A stretch of 64,000 nucleotides of DNA from Longimicrobiales bacterium (GTDB taxonomy: Bacteria; Gemmatimonadota; Gemmatimonadetes; Longimicrobiales; Gaopeijiaceae). Numbering within the stretch: position 1 is the first letter of the stretch; each line of letters begins with the position of its first letter. The DNA is taken from contig OZ241892.1 of the NCBI GenBank assembly GCA_965203485.1, positions 736,001-800,000 on the forward strand, written 5' to 3'. Under the pieces are notes generated by a model, which worked only from the letters and a program-made list of their open reading frames with translations, was not told the origin of the DNA and did not search any database. The translations under genes were made by a program, and so were the position numbers. Shown here piece by piece: positions 38,607-48,002 of the stretch.

Positions 38607-39463
38607 GAACCTATCTCAAAAAGCCGAGATGGTTGAAGAAGATGCAGATGGCGGACAGTTGGACGAACGCCAGGAAGTTCTCGGGATGATATTCCCAACG
38701 GACCAACAGCCGGCGCTTCCACTGCATCCACCCGAAGAACCGCTCGACAATCCATCGTCGCTTCGCCCGCCGAAGCCGACGACCGTCCTGCGTCCGCGGC
38801 CGCGTTCGATTGCGCCGGTGCGGCGCGATCATCTCGATGCCTCGCGCACGCAAGGCCGCGTCCAGCGGGTCGCTGTCGTACGCCTTGTCGCCGATCAAGT
38901 TTGCCGGCGTGTCGTCCGTGAACGCCAAGTCCAGCGACAACTGGACGAGCGTCGCCTCGTGAGGATTCGCAGGATGCGTGCTCAACGACAGCGGAAGACC
39001 GCAACGGTCCACGACCGCCATGATCTTCACGCCCTTGCTCGCCTTGGTGTTTCCCACGCCCGCCCCGCCTCCCTTCGCCCGCGCGAACGACGCGTCCACG
39101 TATGCCTCCGTGCCGTCGAAGAGACCCCGTTGCCTCGCTTCCCCCGCCAAGTCCCTCAGCACCCGTTCGAGCACGCCTGTCCGGACCCAAGTCTGGAACC
39201 TCCGGTGCACGGTCTTGTAGTTCGGATAGTGTTGCGGCAGAAAGCTCCACTGGGCGCCCGTGTGCAGAATCCACAGCGCTGCCTCGAACACGCGCCGGGC
39301 GGGCACCGGCGGCCGCCCCAGCCGCTTCCCCTTTTGCGCTTCCTCGGGAAAGTGGTGGCGAATCCGCTCCCACTGCTCGTCGCTCAGCTTCACCGTCGTC
39401 ATGCCTCGAAGATAAACAACTCCCCGGCCCATCGCAACCCATCATGCTTTTTGAGATAGGCTC
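38607..39463 (-). mobile_element. IS5-family insertion sequence
   Basis: 18-bp terminal inverted repeats GAACCTATCTCAAAAAGC / GCTTTTTGAGATAGGCTC with one mismatch; 2-bp TC duplication at 38605-38606 and 39464-39465. Confidence 0.92.
38611..39402 (-). CDS. IS5-family transposase
   Basis: LSDEQWE.I, W...TG.QW..LP, T.HRRFQ.W, .DAS, GDKAYDS and RW.VER.F motifs. Confidence 0.93.
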   Translation of the reverse strand: MTTVKLSDEQWERIRHHFPEEAQKGKRLGRPPVPARRVFEAALWILHTGAQWSFLPQHYPNYKTVHRRFQTWVRTGVLERVLRDLAGEARQRGLFDGTEAYVDASFARAKGGGAGVGNTKASKGVKIMAVVDRCGLPLSLSTHPANPHEATLVQLSLDLAFTDDTPANLIGDKAYDSDPLDAALRARGIEMIAPHRRNRTRPRTQDGRRLRRAKRRWIVERFFGWMQWKRRLLVRWEYHPENFLAFVQLSAICIFFNHLGFLR

Positions 39464-40440
39464 TCGTACTCGAAGCGGATCCCTCGGTTGTCCAGCACGC
39501 GGCAGATCGCAGCTTCGCCGTGCGAGCGCACGTCGATGCTCCCGGTCCTTAGACTCACCCTGACCGTCTCGCCGTGCTCTCCGTCGTTCGGTGGAAACCG
39601 CACATGTGATTGCGCTCGCACCGCCAGTGCCTCGTGTAGCCCAGGGTTTGCCTTAAACACGTCGTCTAGCATGCGCTTGAGGGCCGGGTAGCGCCGACTG
39701 CCGCGAGCAATCGGGTCGATCCGGGGTCCGTGCCCGGTTGCCTTAGTCAACAGCCGTCTCCCCAAGCTATGGATCGTGCCGACGAACATTTCATCCACCG
39801 ACTGTTCCGCCAGCCTCTCGATTCGATCGCTGATCTCCTTGGCCGCCTTCTTGGTGAACGTCACCACCGCGATGCGCTTTGGTTCCGTGCGGCCGCGACG
39901 AAGGACGTCCGCGACCTTTGCCGCCATCGTCTCGGTCTTGCCAGTCCCGGCCCCGGCGAGGACGAGCTGAGTGTCTTCTCCGACGACGACGGCCCTTTGT
40001 TGAGCCGGATGCAACCTCTTCAACACGGGGTCCGCTTTCGCGCTCTGAAGTCGTCGTTTGGCATACCGTTCGTTCGCCATGCGCCTATTTTCTTCTGTCG
40101 CGTACTTCTTCAGCTTCTTTACGCTTGCGCCTAGCGGACGCAACTCCGGATGCAGCCACCGGCATGCTATCGCATTCCGTTCATTGACCGTCTTCGCCTT
40201 TCGTTCGAGTTCGTTGATGCGCTTTTCGAAGACGCTTCGTCGTATCCACTGTCGTGGTCCACTTCGGCTTTTCAACGCGCCTATCTCTCTGTTGATCGCC
40301 TGCACTAGAGATGCAACATCATTCGTCGTTTGTTGGCTCTTGCACATCGTTTCATCTCGCGCTCATCGCGGGGCAGGCGTTCTCGGCAGGAAAGCGCCCC
40401 GGCGTATGCTTAGCATGCAATCCGATGGATCGTCAGTTGG

Positions 40441-41034
40441 TCATCCGCACGACCCCACCAGCAGGTTGACGATGAGGCGGATCATCAAGTCCTTGCTGGC
40501 CGGTGCGCTCTCAGCGACCAGCAGGGTCAACGCCGTCAGGGCATGAGGCGTGATCTGGTGGACGACTCCTTCTTGCTCCAAGTAGAGCAAGAACAGCAGA
40601 GACGCGATGCGCTTGTTGCCGTCGCTGAAGGGGTGATCCTTTACCACGAAGTAGAGAATGTGCGCCGCCTTCTCTTCTCGCGATTTGTACAGCGATTCGC
40701 CGAACATCGTCTGTTCGATGTTTCCCAGGATGCCTGTCAGTGCATCGTCGGGCGCCCGGCCGAAGAGCGACGACGCCTCTCGGTTGGAGATGAGACGGCG
40801 CTTGAATTCACGGATAGCCCGATTGGCCACCTCGGCGTCAAGTATGCCCCGCGACGGTTGCACTTCTCCGGGAATCTGCAATCGCTCTTGATCGTACGCG
40901 GCAAGCAGGCGCCACGTCTCCGCATATGCGGCGAGCAAGCTGGAGGCGACCGGCTCGCCTCGGCTCTGATTCTGGGCCGCAACGGGGATGGTTTTGGTGC
41001 TCGACATCGTGGACGCATTCATGGTGGCGCTCAT
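40441..41034 (-). CDS. Fic/Doc-family protein (RhuM-Fic C-terminal type; start uncertain)
   Basis: Y.S.EEKAAH.LYF.VKDHPFSDGNKR motif; W.LL..YD and ALTLLVAES.P segments. Confidence 0.85.
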   Translation of the reverse strand: MSATMNASTMSSTKTIPVAAQNQSRGEPVASSLLAAYAETWRLLAAYDQERLQIPGEVQPSRGILDAEVANRAIREFKRRLISNREASSLFGRAPDDALTGILGNIEQTMFGESLYKSREEKAAHILYFVVKDHPFSDGNKRIASLLFLLYLEQEGVVHQITPHALTALTLLVAESAPASKDLMIRLIVNLLVGSCG

Positions 41035-41274
41035 GCCGAAAGAAGGAGCGAGATCCGATAAGGAAGTGGACCCAGCGAAAATGAACGGTTGTCCGGTGGA
41101 CGTCAAGGCTGGTTGGGTGAAATGGACGGGTGCGTTCACGCCCGTCCGCGCATGCACGACGAGGCGTTCGCCGGTGGTCGGCACACCTAAGGCGGTGCGC
41201 ACCTGCGGGGAAGACGCGCGTTGCAGTACCACTCGTCCCGCACGGGCGACGAGGTACGGCCCCCGCAACTCCTC

Positions 41275-42513
41275 TCACGGCTCCAACGCCCGCACCGGGA
41301 TCACGCCGACCCGTCCGTTCGGCACTGCGCCGTATCCGTTGGGGACGACGACGGCCAGAGCCGCGGTTCGCGTAGGTGCTGCTGGCCCTCATTCGGCTTG
41401 CGATCCTTTCGAGGTTGGCCATGCCCTCCTTGATCCGGTGCTCGCCCAGCTTGACTTCGAACGCCGCCCACCGGCCGTTCGCGTCTTCCACGATGGCGTC
41501 CACCGCCGGCCGTCCTTCTCCCGATAGTGGAACACGTGGGCGTCGGCGGCTTGGGCGTAGACCCGGAGGTCCCGAGACACCAAGGATTCGGACAGCAGGC
41601 CGCACGCTTCAGGGTCGCCGAGCAAGCGGGAAGGGGGGGCACGCAGTGCGGCGGCGGCCAGGGACGGGTCGGCAAGAGTGCCTGACGGGCGTGGTGCGCA
41701 GGGTCGTGCGGGAACGCAGATGCGGCAACCACGCCGGTTGGTCCTCCGCGATCATGAGCCGCTCCAGCGTCTCCAGGTATTCGGCGGCGGTGCCGGCCTT
41801 GAAGGGCGGCTCCTGCTCCGCGAACGTCTCTGGCGAGCGTCGCGACGATGGCGGGCGTGGCGACGTGGCGGGCCAACGACTGAAGCAGTCTTCCGACCTA
41901 CGGGGTCCCGCCCGCTTGCCGCTTGCTTGCCGAACGTCGGCGCGTTGAATCTCCGACAAGTAGTCCCGGTTGCCTCTCGCAGCTTGCGCAAGGTTGCGGC
42001 CCAGGTTCCCGGGCCACCCCCGGCGCACGCGAGTTCCGCGAGCGGCCGAAGCGCGAGGTTGGACTGCGCCGACCGCTGGGGTTCTCCGGCCAGCAGGCCC
42101 GCCAGTGACATCGCTACCGTGGACTCGCCCGTCTTGAAGAGCGACATCGGCCGCATCCGCAGTCGAGTGAGTCGGCCTGCGCCGGTGTGGCGGACGACGT
42201 CGTCGGCCGCCACGGCCGAACCGGTGAGGACGAACTGGCCCGGGATGCCCGGCCGGTCCCCGGCCTTGCGGATGTGGTTCCAAATGGCCGTGGTCTGCCA
42301 CTCGTCGACGAGACGCGGCGTGTCGCCTTCGAGCACGGCCGCCGGATCGATGTAGACCATCTCCCGCGCGGATGCGTCCACGTCCAGAAACACCGCGCTT
42401 GCCGCGACCGTTTCGGCGGTTGCCGGAGGCCTTGGGGCTTCGATGACGACCGCGCCAGCGGCCGAGAGCCTCTCGGCCAGCTCCGCGTCGACAACCCGGG
42501 AAACATGCTTCAT
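41275..42513 (-). pseudogene. AAA+/DUF4143 ATP-binding protein, multiply frameshifted paralog of 51961-53217
   Basis: Colinear with the intact copy (RVVDAEL, LVDEWQ, LTGSA, HTGAGR, HLRSRTTLRTTP, RDLRVYAQAA, WAAFEVKLG) but split over at least four ORFs, with Walker A damaged. Confidence 0.9.
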
Positions 42514-42561
42514 GACGCGGAACGAGTAGCCTCCCGGGTCGGCTCCGGCGGGATGAGATTC

Positions 42562-42624
42562 CAGGGGAAGATTCGGCGACGATTCAAGGGAAGATTCGGC
42601 GAACGATCCGGGAACGATTCAGCA
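42562..42624. repeat. Three phased 23-bp-period direct repeats upstream of the ATPase pseudogene
   Basis: caggggaagattcggcga (42562), caagggaagattcggcga (42585), ccgggaacgattcagca (42608). Confidence 0.8.
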
Positions 42625-42643
42625 CCGCGTCATCGGTTCTGGA

Positions 42644-44728
42644 TCAGGCGGAGAGCGACGCCCGGGCGTCGGTCCCCGGGCTGTTCTGGCCGTCGCGTTT
42701 GTCCGGCCCGAGACGCTCCTTGACCTCGTCGGCGGCCGCCTCGACGAGGCGGGCGACTCGAGCCGCCATCTCGGTGACGCCCCCGGCGAGGCTGTCCGTC
42801 CACCCGGCTTCGTCCGCCTTCCTGACCAAGTGCGCCACGGTCAGGCTGGCCAGCAGGCTCGAGACCAACGCGATCGACGCGGGCCCCCCGGCCGCCGCGA
42901 CAACGGGCACGACGGCGATGGGGACGGCGGTTCCGGCGGCGCCCTCCGCCAACCCATTGACGAATTCTTGGTAGTTTCCGGTCTTCCTGGCCTCCGCGAA
43001 GGCCTTCGCCGCGGCGGCCACGAAGACGACGGCGAGGATCGGATTGCGCCCGTGGACAGCGGCCAACGCCGTGCTGCCGACGATGCGGGCGAAGTCGCGC
43101 GTCTCGCCGCTCGACCACCGGAACACGAGCGCGGCGCTGCCGAGCAGCCCGGCCAGGACATCGGCCGCGTCGTACGTCGCCAACTCCGCGAACCACTTCT
43201 TGGGCATGCCGAACCGCGCCTTGAGCGAGTCCGCCACCCGATGGTACGTGTCGGGGTCCCAGGTGAAGAACGGCAGGCCGGCAGGCGTGGTGCCGTCGCG
43301 AAGGAGGCCGAGCGTCATGCCCATGGCCCGGTGGACGACGCCGTCTTCGCCCGGAGCGTCCTTGGCGGCTTTGAATGCGCCTAGCAACGTGTGGCCCCCG
43401 TCGAACAAGCGGTGCAGGCCGCCCCCGACGCCGGTCTCCAGGTAGGTCGCGTCCATCGCCTTGTCGTAGATGGTCGGACGGCCCTTGGCCAGCTGCCCCA
43501 GCAACTGGTTCATGTTGTCGGCCAAGCCCGTGGCCAGAAGGCCTTGTCCGGCGTCGTGCACTCTCTTGACCGCGTTCGACGCGGCCTTGGCCGTCATGCG
43601 CGGCAGCGGCGATGTCCAGCCGTATGCCCGCGCCGCGGCTTCGGCGCTCCGGCGAGAAGCGCCCCCGACGGCATGGGCTACCGCCGACGCGGTTGCCTTC
43701 GTGGTGTCGGCCGTTGCGGCAACGAACTTGCCGAGCGGCCCGCGGCCTTGCGCCGCCTCGCCGGGCCCGGCTTCTTCCGCCCGCAGGCGCAACAGGGCCA
43801 GCACCACGTCGATCGCCGGCGTGGGGACGCCCGCCAACTGGCCCAGTTCCTGCACCGCCGTGCCCACGGCGTCGAGTTCCACGGGGCGCCCCGACAGCAA
43901 GTCCTGAAGCATCGACGTGCGGTGAGTGCCGACCGCGGCCGTCCCGTCGATCCGCTTCTCGAGAGCGATGCGAAAGCGGATGCCCAAGGCCTCGCCGACC
44001 GCCTGGGCCTCGGTCATCATTGCGCGGGCCACGGCGCGCGCGCCGGGGTCGTCGGCGATGCGGTCCAGCGTGGCTCGCGTCAGCGCGCTCATGGGGTTGA
44101 AGGCGGCGCTGCCCCACAGCTTGACCCAGATCTCGTCCCGGATGGAGCGCATGCGCGTCCGAAAGCCGGCTTCGGCCAGGACAGCGCGCAGCGTCTCGAC
44201 CCGCTTGGTCTTCTCGCCGGAGGGCTCGCCCACGACCAAGCGGTCCTCGGATCGGTGGCGGATGACGCCCGGCGCCACGATCTCGGTGGCCGGGTAGACC
44301 ACACAGCCCACCGCCCGCTCCGGCCCGATGCCGTTCCACTGCTTCCCGCCGGGGTCCACGCTCTCCAGCCGGCGCCCGTCGAAGGCGCAGCCGGACCGGT
44401 AGAAGTACCACCAGGGGATGCCGTTCTGGGCCGTGACGACGGTGGTGCCCGGCCCCAGCAAGGGCTGCATCGCTTCGACGGCGCCCGGGCCGGAATGCGC
44501 CTTCAGCGTCACGATCACGTAGTCCTGGACGCCGGCCTCCGCGGGATCGTCGGTGCACTCCGGCTTGGCAACCAGCTCGCGGTTTTCGACAAGCACGGTG
44601 ACGCCGTTCTTCCGCATCGCTTCCAAATGCGGCCCGCGGCCGATCAGCGTCGCGTCCGCGCCCGATCGCGCCAAGTGCAACCCGAGGTACGCGCCCGTGG
44701 CGCCCGCGCCGAAGACGGCGACCTTCAT
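42644..44728 (-). CDS. Ketopantoate reductase-family (PanE2-like) protein fused in frame to a ~370-aa domain of unknown function
   Basis: GAGATG, QNGIPWWYF, W.KLWG and SMLQD...GRP.ELD for the first ~320 aa. The rest is unrelated (IYDKAMD, HRLFDGGHT, TPAGLP, hydrophobic helices). Confidence 0.8.
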   Translation of the reverse strand: MKVAVFGAGATGAYLGLHLARSGADATLIGRGPHLEAMRKNGVTVLVENRELVAKPECTDDPAEAGVQDYVIVTLKAHSGPGAVEAMQPLLGPGTTVVTAQNGIPWWYFYRSGCAFDGRRLESVDPGGKQWNGIGPERAVGCVVYPATEIVAPGVIRHRSEDRLVVGEPSGEKTKRVETLRAVLAEAGFRTRMRSIRDEIWVKLWGSAAFNPMSALTRATLDRIADDPGARAVARAMMTEAQAVGEALGIRFRIALEKRIDGTAAVGTHRTSMLQDLLSGRPVELDAVGTAVQELGQLAGVPTPAIDVVLALLRLRAEEAGPGEAAQGRGPLGKFVAATADTTKATASAVAHAVGGASRRSAEAAARAYGWTSPLPRMTAKAASNAVKRVHDAGQGLLATGLADNMNQLLGQLAKGRPTIYDKAMDATYLETGVGGGLHRLFDGGHTLLGAFKAAKDAPGEDGVVHRAMGMTLGLLRDGTTPAGLPFFTWDPDTYHRVADSLKARFGMPKKWFAELATYDAADVLAGLLGSAALVFRWSSGETRDFARIVGSTALAAVHGRNPILAVVFVAAAAKAFAEARKTGNYQEFVNGLAEGAAGTAVPIAVVPVVAAAGGPASIALVSSLLASLTVAHLVRKADEAGWTDSLAGGVTEMAARVARLVEAAADEVKERLGPDKRDGQNSPGTDARASLSA

Positions 44729-45060
44729 GAGGCCGCATCCAGATGCGGCTTACTTCGCCGGAGCGCGCCAAGCCGCAGCACGGACGCCTTCTCGTCACCG
44801 GCGCCCCGTTGCGCCCGGCTTCGGCTCGACGCCCTCCGTCGCGCGGCGGCCGTCGCGACGCGCAACCCGGCCGCCGTCCGTCGCTGGCGCCGGGACAAGC
44901 CCCAGTCGTCCCGCCAGCGCGTCGCGCCGCACCTTGCCCGTCGGGCTCCTGGGGATTCGTCCACGACGACAAGAATGCACGGAACCTTGAACGCGGCAAG
45001 GCGCCGGGCCGCGAACGCCCGGATGCCTGCGACGACCTCGTCGCCGGCTTCCGGGGCTCG
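44725..45060 (-). pseudogene. 3' remnant of an acyl-CoA ligase (paralog of the end of 55256-56950)
   Basis: IRAFAARRLAAFKVP..VVDE/IPRSPTGKVRRDALAGRLGL, frameshifted, versus IRAFAAQRLAAFKAP...LPKGPSGKLRRTDLAGRLGL in the intact gene. Confidence 0.8.
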
Positions 45061-45419
45061 CCGTCCGCTCTCGGCCCGTGCGCGGCCGTCGGGCGCGGCG
45101 CTCCCGCCCACTTAAAGTGTCGGTCGGCAGGGAGGCGGGTCACGGTTGCTCGGACGTGGTCTTGTGCGCGCCGCTCCCCTGGCTCGAAGCAACCATCGCC
45201 CGGATAGAATTTCTCGCTCTTGGAGGGGCATTTGCCCCAGAAGCGTTCCTGCGCCTTGCCGTCCGGCCAGAGCCGACATAGAGTGGCGTCGTCGCCATCA
45301 TGCGCCTGCCAAGCCCATTGCTTATGACCGCTCCGCCCTCCATTCGGCGGACGAGGATTGCACTCGTCCAACGAAGGACACCAAGCGGCCGTGGACGCGC
45401 CCGCGGCTTCCGGCGACAA

Positions 45420-48002
45420 TTGACGACGGCGGCACGTGCCGCCCGGCCCGGCGCCATCGCGTTTTCAGTCCATTTGCTGGCGGCCGCCTGCACGCCCGAC
45501 GAGCACCCAGCCGCGCCTGCGACGCCTGTGAGCCCGGCTCCGGCAAGGTCGGCGGACCATGCCCCGGAAGCGTCCGTTCGCGTGTCTCCCGTCGGCTACG
45601 TCGCCTTCACCCGATCGGGCGCAGAGGCTAGGCCATTTGCGTTCACCGCCCAGCTGGTGGACAGTGCAGGCGCTTCCCTGTCGATCCCGGACGGCGGCCT
45701 CGATTGGTCGCTCCGGCCGGGCCGCGCGTTTCGCGTGGAAGGCGACAGCGTGGCCGACGACCGGCGGGCGGCCCAGCTGTTCGTGCGGGCGGCGGCCGGG
45801 GGGCGCGACGCGGTGGTGGCCGGCCACGCCGCCGCCGCCGACACGGCGTTCGCCGAGAACTGGGAATGGATGGCGCCCGGCTTTCGGTGGGAAGGCGACC
45901 TGTGGACCCCGGCGGGCGAGTCGCGTTGCGCGCGAGTCTCGCAAGCGAGCGGGGGATCGGAGATCGACTTGGCGGCCTTCGATCTGTACGTCGCGTCCTT
46001 CGACCCCGCCGCCGTCCAAGTGGACTCGGCCTCGCTGACTTCGGGCAGTCGGGCCGTGCGCGTATGCTTCACCGCGCGCAGGTCCGGAGCCGCCGGCCTG
46101 GCCATGGTCGGACGGGACGTGGCTGGCCACCGGTTCTGGGGGTGGCACCGCGAGCACGTCGTCTTGACCCCTCCGCTCGCCCTGAGCTTCGAGCACGGCG
46201 AGCGGTACGAAATCGGAGTCGGACAGCGGACCGAACTAAACCTGCGCATGCAGGACGGCCACGGCGCTTCGGTCTTCGTGGGAGACGACACGAGCGCGGT
46301 CTCTTGGACGAGCGGCGACACGGCAGTGGCGACCGTGAACGCCGTCGGCGCCGTCGGCGGCGTCGGCTCCGGGACGGTGGGGGTGTCGGCGACGTATCGG
46401 GATCTGACCGGCCGCGCCGTCGTGGAAGTGTACGAGATCACGGGCGGGCGAGTGGGCGAAGAGATCGTCTGCGTCTCGACGCGGCGGGGCGCCGTGAGGT
46501 GCTGGGGCAACAGCGACGAGTCTCTGCTGGGCTATGCCGTCGGCTGGGCCGAGATGGTCGTGCGACCGGCGCAAGTGGCCAACGTGGACATGGGCGCCAG
46601 GGTTCGAGCCGTCTTCAATGCAAGCGTCCGCGCCGCCTGCGCCATCACGGCCTCGACGGAGCTTCGTTGCTGGGGGCACCCGAACTGGGGCGCCCTAGGG
46701 TATGGGAACGAGGAAGAATTTGGCCAGTTCTCGGTCCCGCGAACCGCAGGTCCCGTCCCGCTGGGAGGCGTGCCGGCCTATGTGGGCGGAGGCCCGGCCG
46801 ATCACTTCTGCACGGTGTTGGTTTCCGGTGGTCTGCGTTGCGTGGGCAGCAACTTGGCGGGGCAGGTGGGCTACGGCGTGTCTCACGCCGCCAATCCGCG
46901 CGTGGGCGACAACGAGACGCCCGCCGACATGGGCGACGTGCCCTTGGGCGGCAAAGCGGTGCACGTGGCCACGGGAGGAAGGGCGGGCATGACCTGCGCC
47001 GCGCTGGAGAACGGGCGCGGACGGTGCTGGGGGATCAACGCCGACGACTGGGAACCGGCAACGGCCCGCGTCGTCGACACGACGTACGGCCTGGGGTACG
47101 GACGCCAACACGGGTACGACTCGCCGATCGGCGACGACGAAACCCCGGCGGACATGGGGGACCTGCCCGTGGAGGGCCGGATCGTCCAGTTCGCGGTGGG
47201 CGGCTTCCACATCTGCGCCCTGATGGAAGGCGGTTCGGTTCGGTGCTGGGGAAGCAACTACAACGGCAATCTGGGCGCCGGACTGGACGCCCGCGAGCAT
47301 GTCGCGGACGCCGCGCAGTCGGTGGAGCTGGTCTTCCCGCATCCCGCCGTGCAGATCCAGGCCGGTTGGGCCCACACGTGCGTGCTCATGGAGAACGGGG
47401 CCGTTCGTTGCTGGGGCGGCAACTACTACGGCGCCTTGGGACTGGGAGACACGCGCGGGCGGGGGATCGCCGAGTCCGCCGAGTTCGTCGAAGACGTGCC
47501 GCTCGGGGGCCCCGCCGCCCGGCTTCTGGGTTCGGGCCAGTACGAGAACTGCGTCGTCATGCGGGCGGGCGGGCTGCGTTGCTGGGGCGCCAACTGGAAC
47601 GGCCACTTCGGCTACCCCTTCAGAGAGAACGTGGGCGACGACGAATTCCCGGCGGACGCAGGCGACATCCCGGTGTTCCCGGGACCGGTCCCGGCACGGC
47701 GCTTGGGAACGACGAACTTGCCCGCCCGGGCGTTCGGAGCGCCGTCGCCCGCCGCCGCGCCCGCGACGGTTGCGCATCCGTTGCCGAAGCCGGCCCCGCC
47801 TCCCTCGGTCCTTGTGATCAACTGGGAGGAGTCGAACGACTTCGATGCCGCAACGCGCCTGGACGCCGCCGACGGTTCTCCAAGCGGACCTGGCCAAGGC
47901 CGGCTCCGGCCGTGGGTCGGTCCCCTGATCGGCGCCGGCGGCTGGATCGCGCCCTCGGCGGTGCCGGCGTCCACAGCGTGGATCAAGGTCGCAAGGCGAT
48001 GA
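45420..48002 (+). CDS. Lipoprotein with Ig-like (Big_2) domain and RCC1-like beta-propeller repeats
   Basis: Lipobox LLAAAC; WTSGDTAVATV...G.V; repeated H.C.L...G.VRCWG.N..G.LG; recurring GDDETPADMGD.P.GG spacer. Confidence 0.85.
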   Translation: MTTAARAARPGAIAFSVHLLAAACTPDEHPAAPATPVSPAPARSADHAPEASVRVSPVGYVAFTRSGAEARPFAFTAQLVDSAGASLSIPDGGLDWSLRPGRAFRVEGDSVADDRRAAQLFVRAAAGGRDAVVAGHAAAADTAFAENWEWMAPGFRWEGDLWTPAGESRCARVSQASGGSEIDLAAFDLYVASFDPAAVQVDSASLTSGSRAVRVCFTARRSGAAGLAMVGRDVAGHRFWGWHREHVVLTPPLALSFEHGERYEIGVGQRTELNLRMQDGHGASVFVGDDTSAVSWTSGDTAVATVNAVGAVGGVGSGTVGVSATYRDLTGRAVVEVYEITGGRVGEEIVCVSTRRGAVRCWGNSDESLLGYAVGWAEMVVRPAQVANVDMGARVRAVFNASVRAACAITASTELRCWGHPNWGALGYGNEEEFGQFSVPRTAGPVPLGGVPAYVGGGPADHFCTVLVSGGLRCVGSNLAGQVGYGVSHAANPRVGDNETPADMGDVPLGGKAVHVATGGRAGMTCAALENGRGRCWGINADDWEPATARVVDTTYGLGYGRQHGYDSPIGDDETPADMGDLPVEGRIVQFAVGGFHICALMEGGSVRCWGSNYNGNLGAGLDAREHVADAAQSVELVFPHPAVQIQAGWAHTCVLMENGAVRCWGGNYYGALGLGDTRGRGIAESAEFVEDVPLGGPAARLLGSGQYENCVVMRAGGLRCWGANWNGHFGYPFRENVGDDEFPADAGDIPVFPGPVPARRLGTTNLPARAFGAPSPAAAPATVAHPLPKPAPPPSVLVINWEESNDFDAATRLDAADGSPSGPGQGRLRPWVGPLIGAGGWIAPSAVPASTAWIKVARR

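Larger units (their letters stand above)
36387..40347 (-). pseudogene. UvrD/helicase IV-like DNA helicase with inserted PD-(D/E)xK domain and C-terminal Zn ribbons, interrupted by IS5
   Basis: N-terminal half: Q..AV, LAGAGTGKT, TFTKKAA.E, GTIHSLG. C-terminal half: VDEWQD, VGDDWQSIYGFQG, TVHGAKGSQAD, EERRVWYVALTRAR, then CPKC...F.GC repeats. Removing the IS and a 2-bp duplication restores the frame (FEYE|AAYVEAP). Confidence 0.9.

Noticed and set aside
41060..41130. RTGRAC motifs upstream of the Fic gene
   Set aside because: Only 6-bp matches with irregular spacing (15, 15, 26); too weak to call an array.
42630..45419. 929-aa minus-strand ORF
   Set aside because: Arg-rich alternative frame of the panE fusion region.
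45704..47998. N-terminal 765 aa of the 1563-aa ORF
   Set aside because: Shadow frame of the RCC1 gene. The real protein starts at ATG 47999 with a lipoprotein signal.
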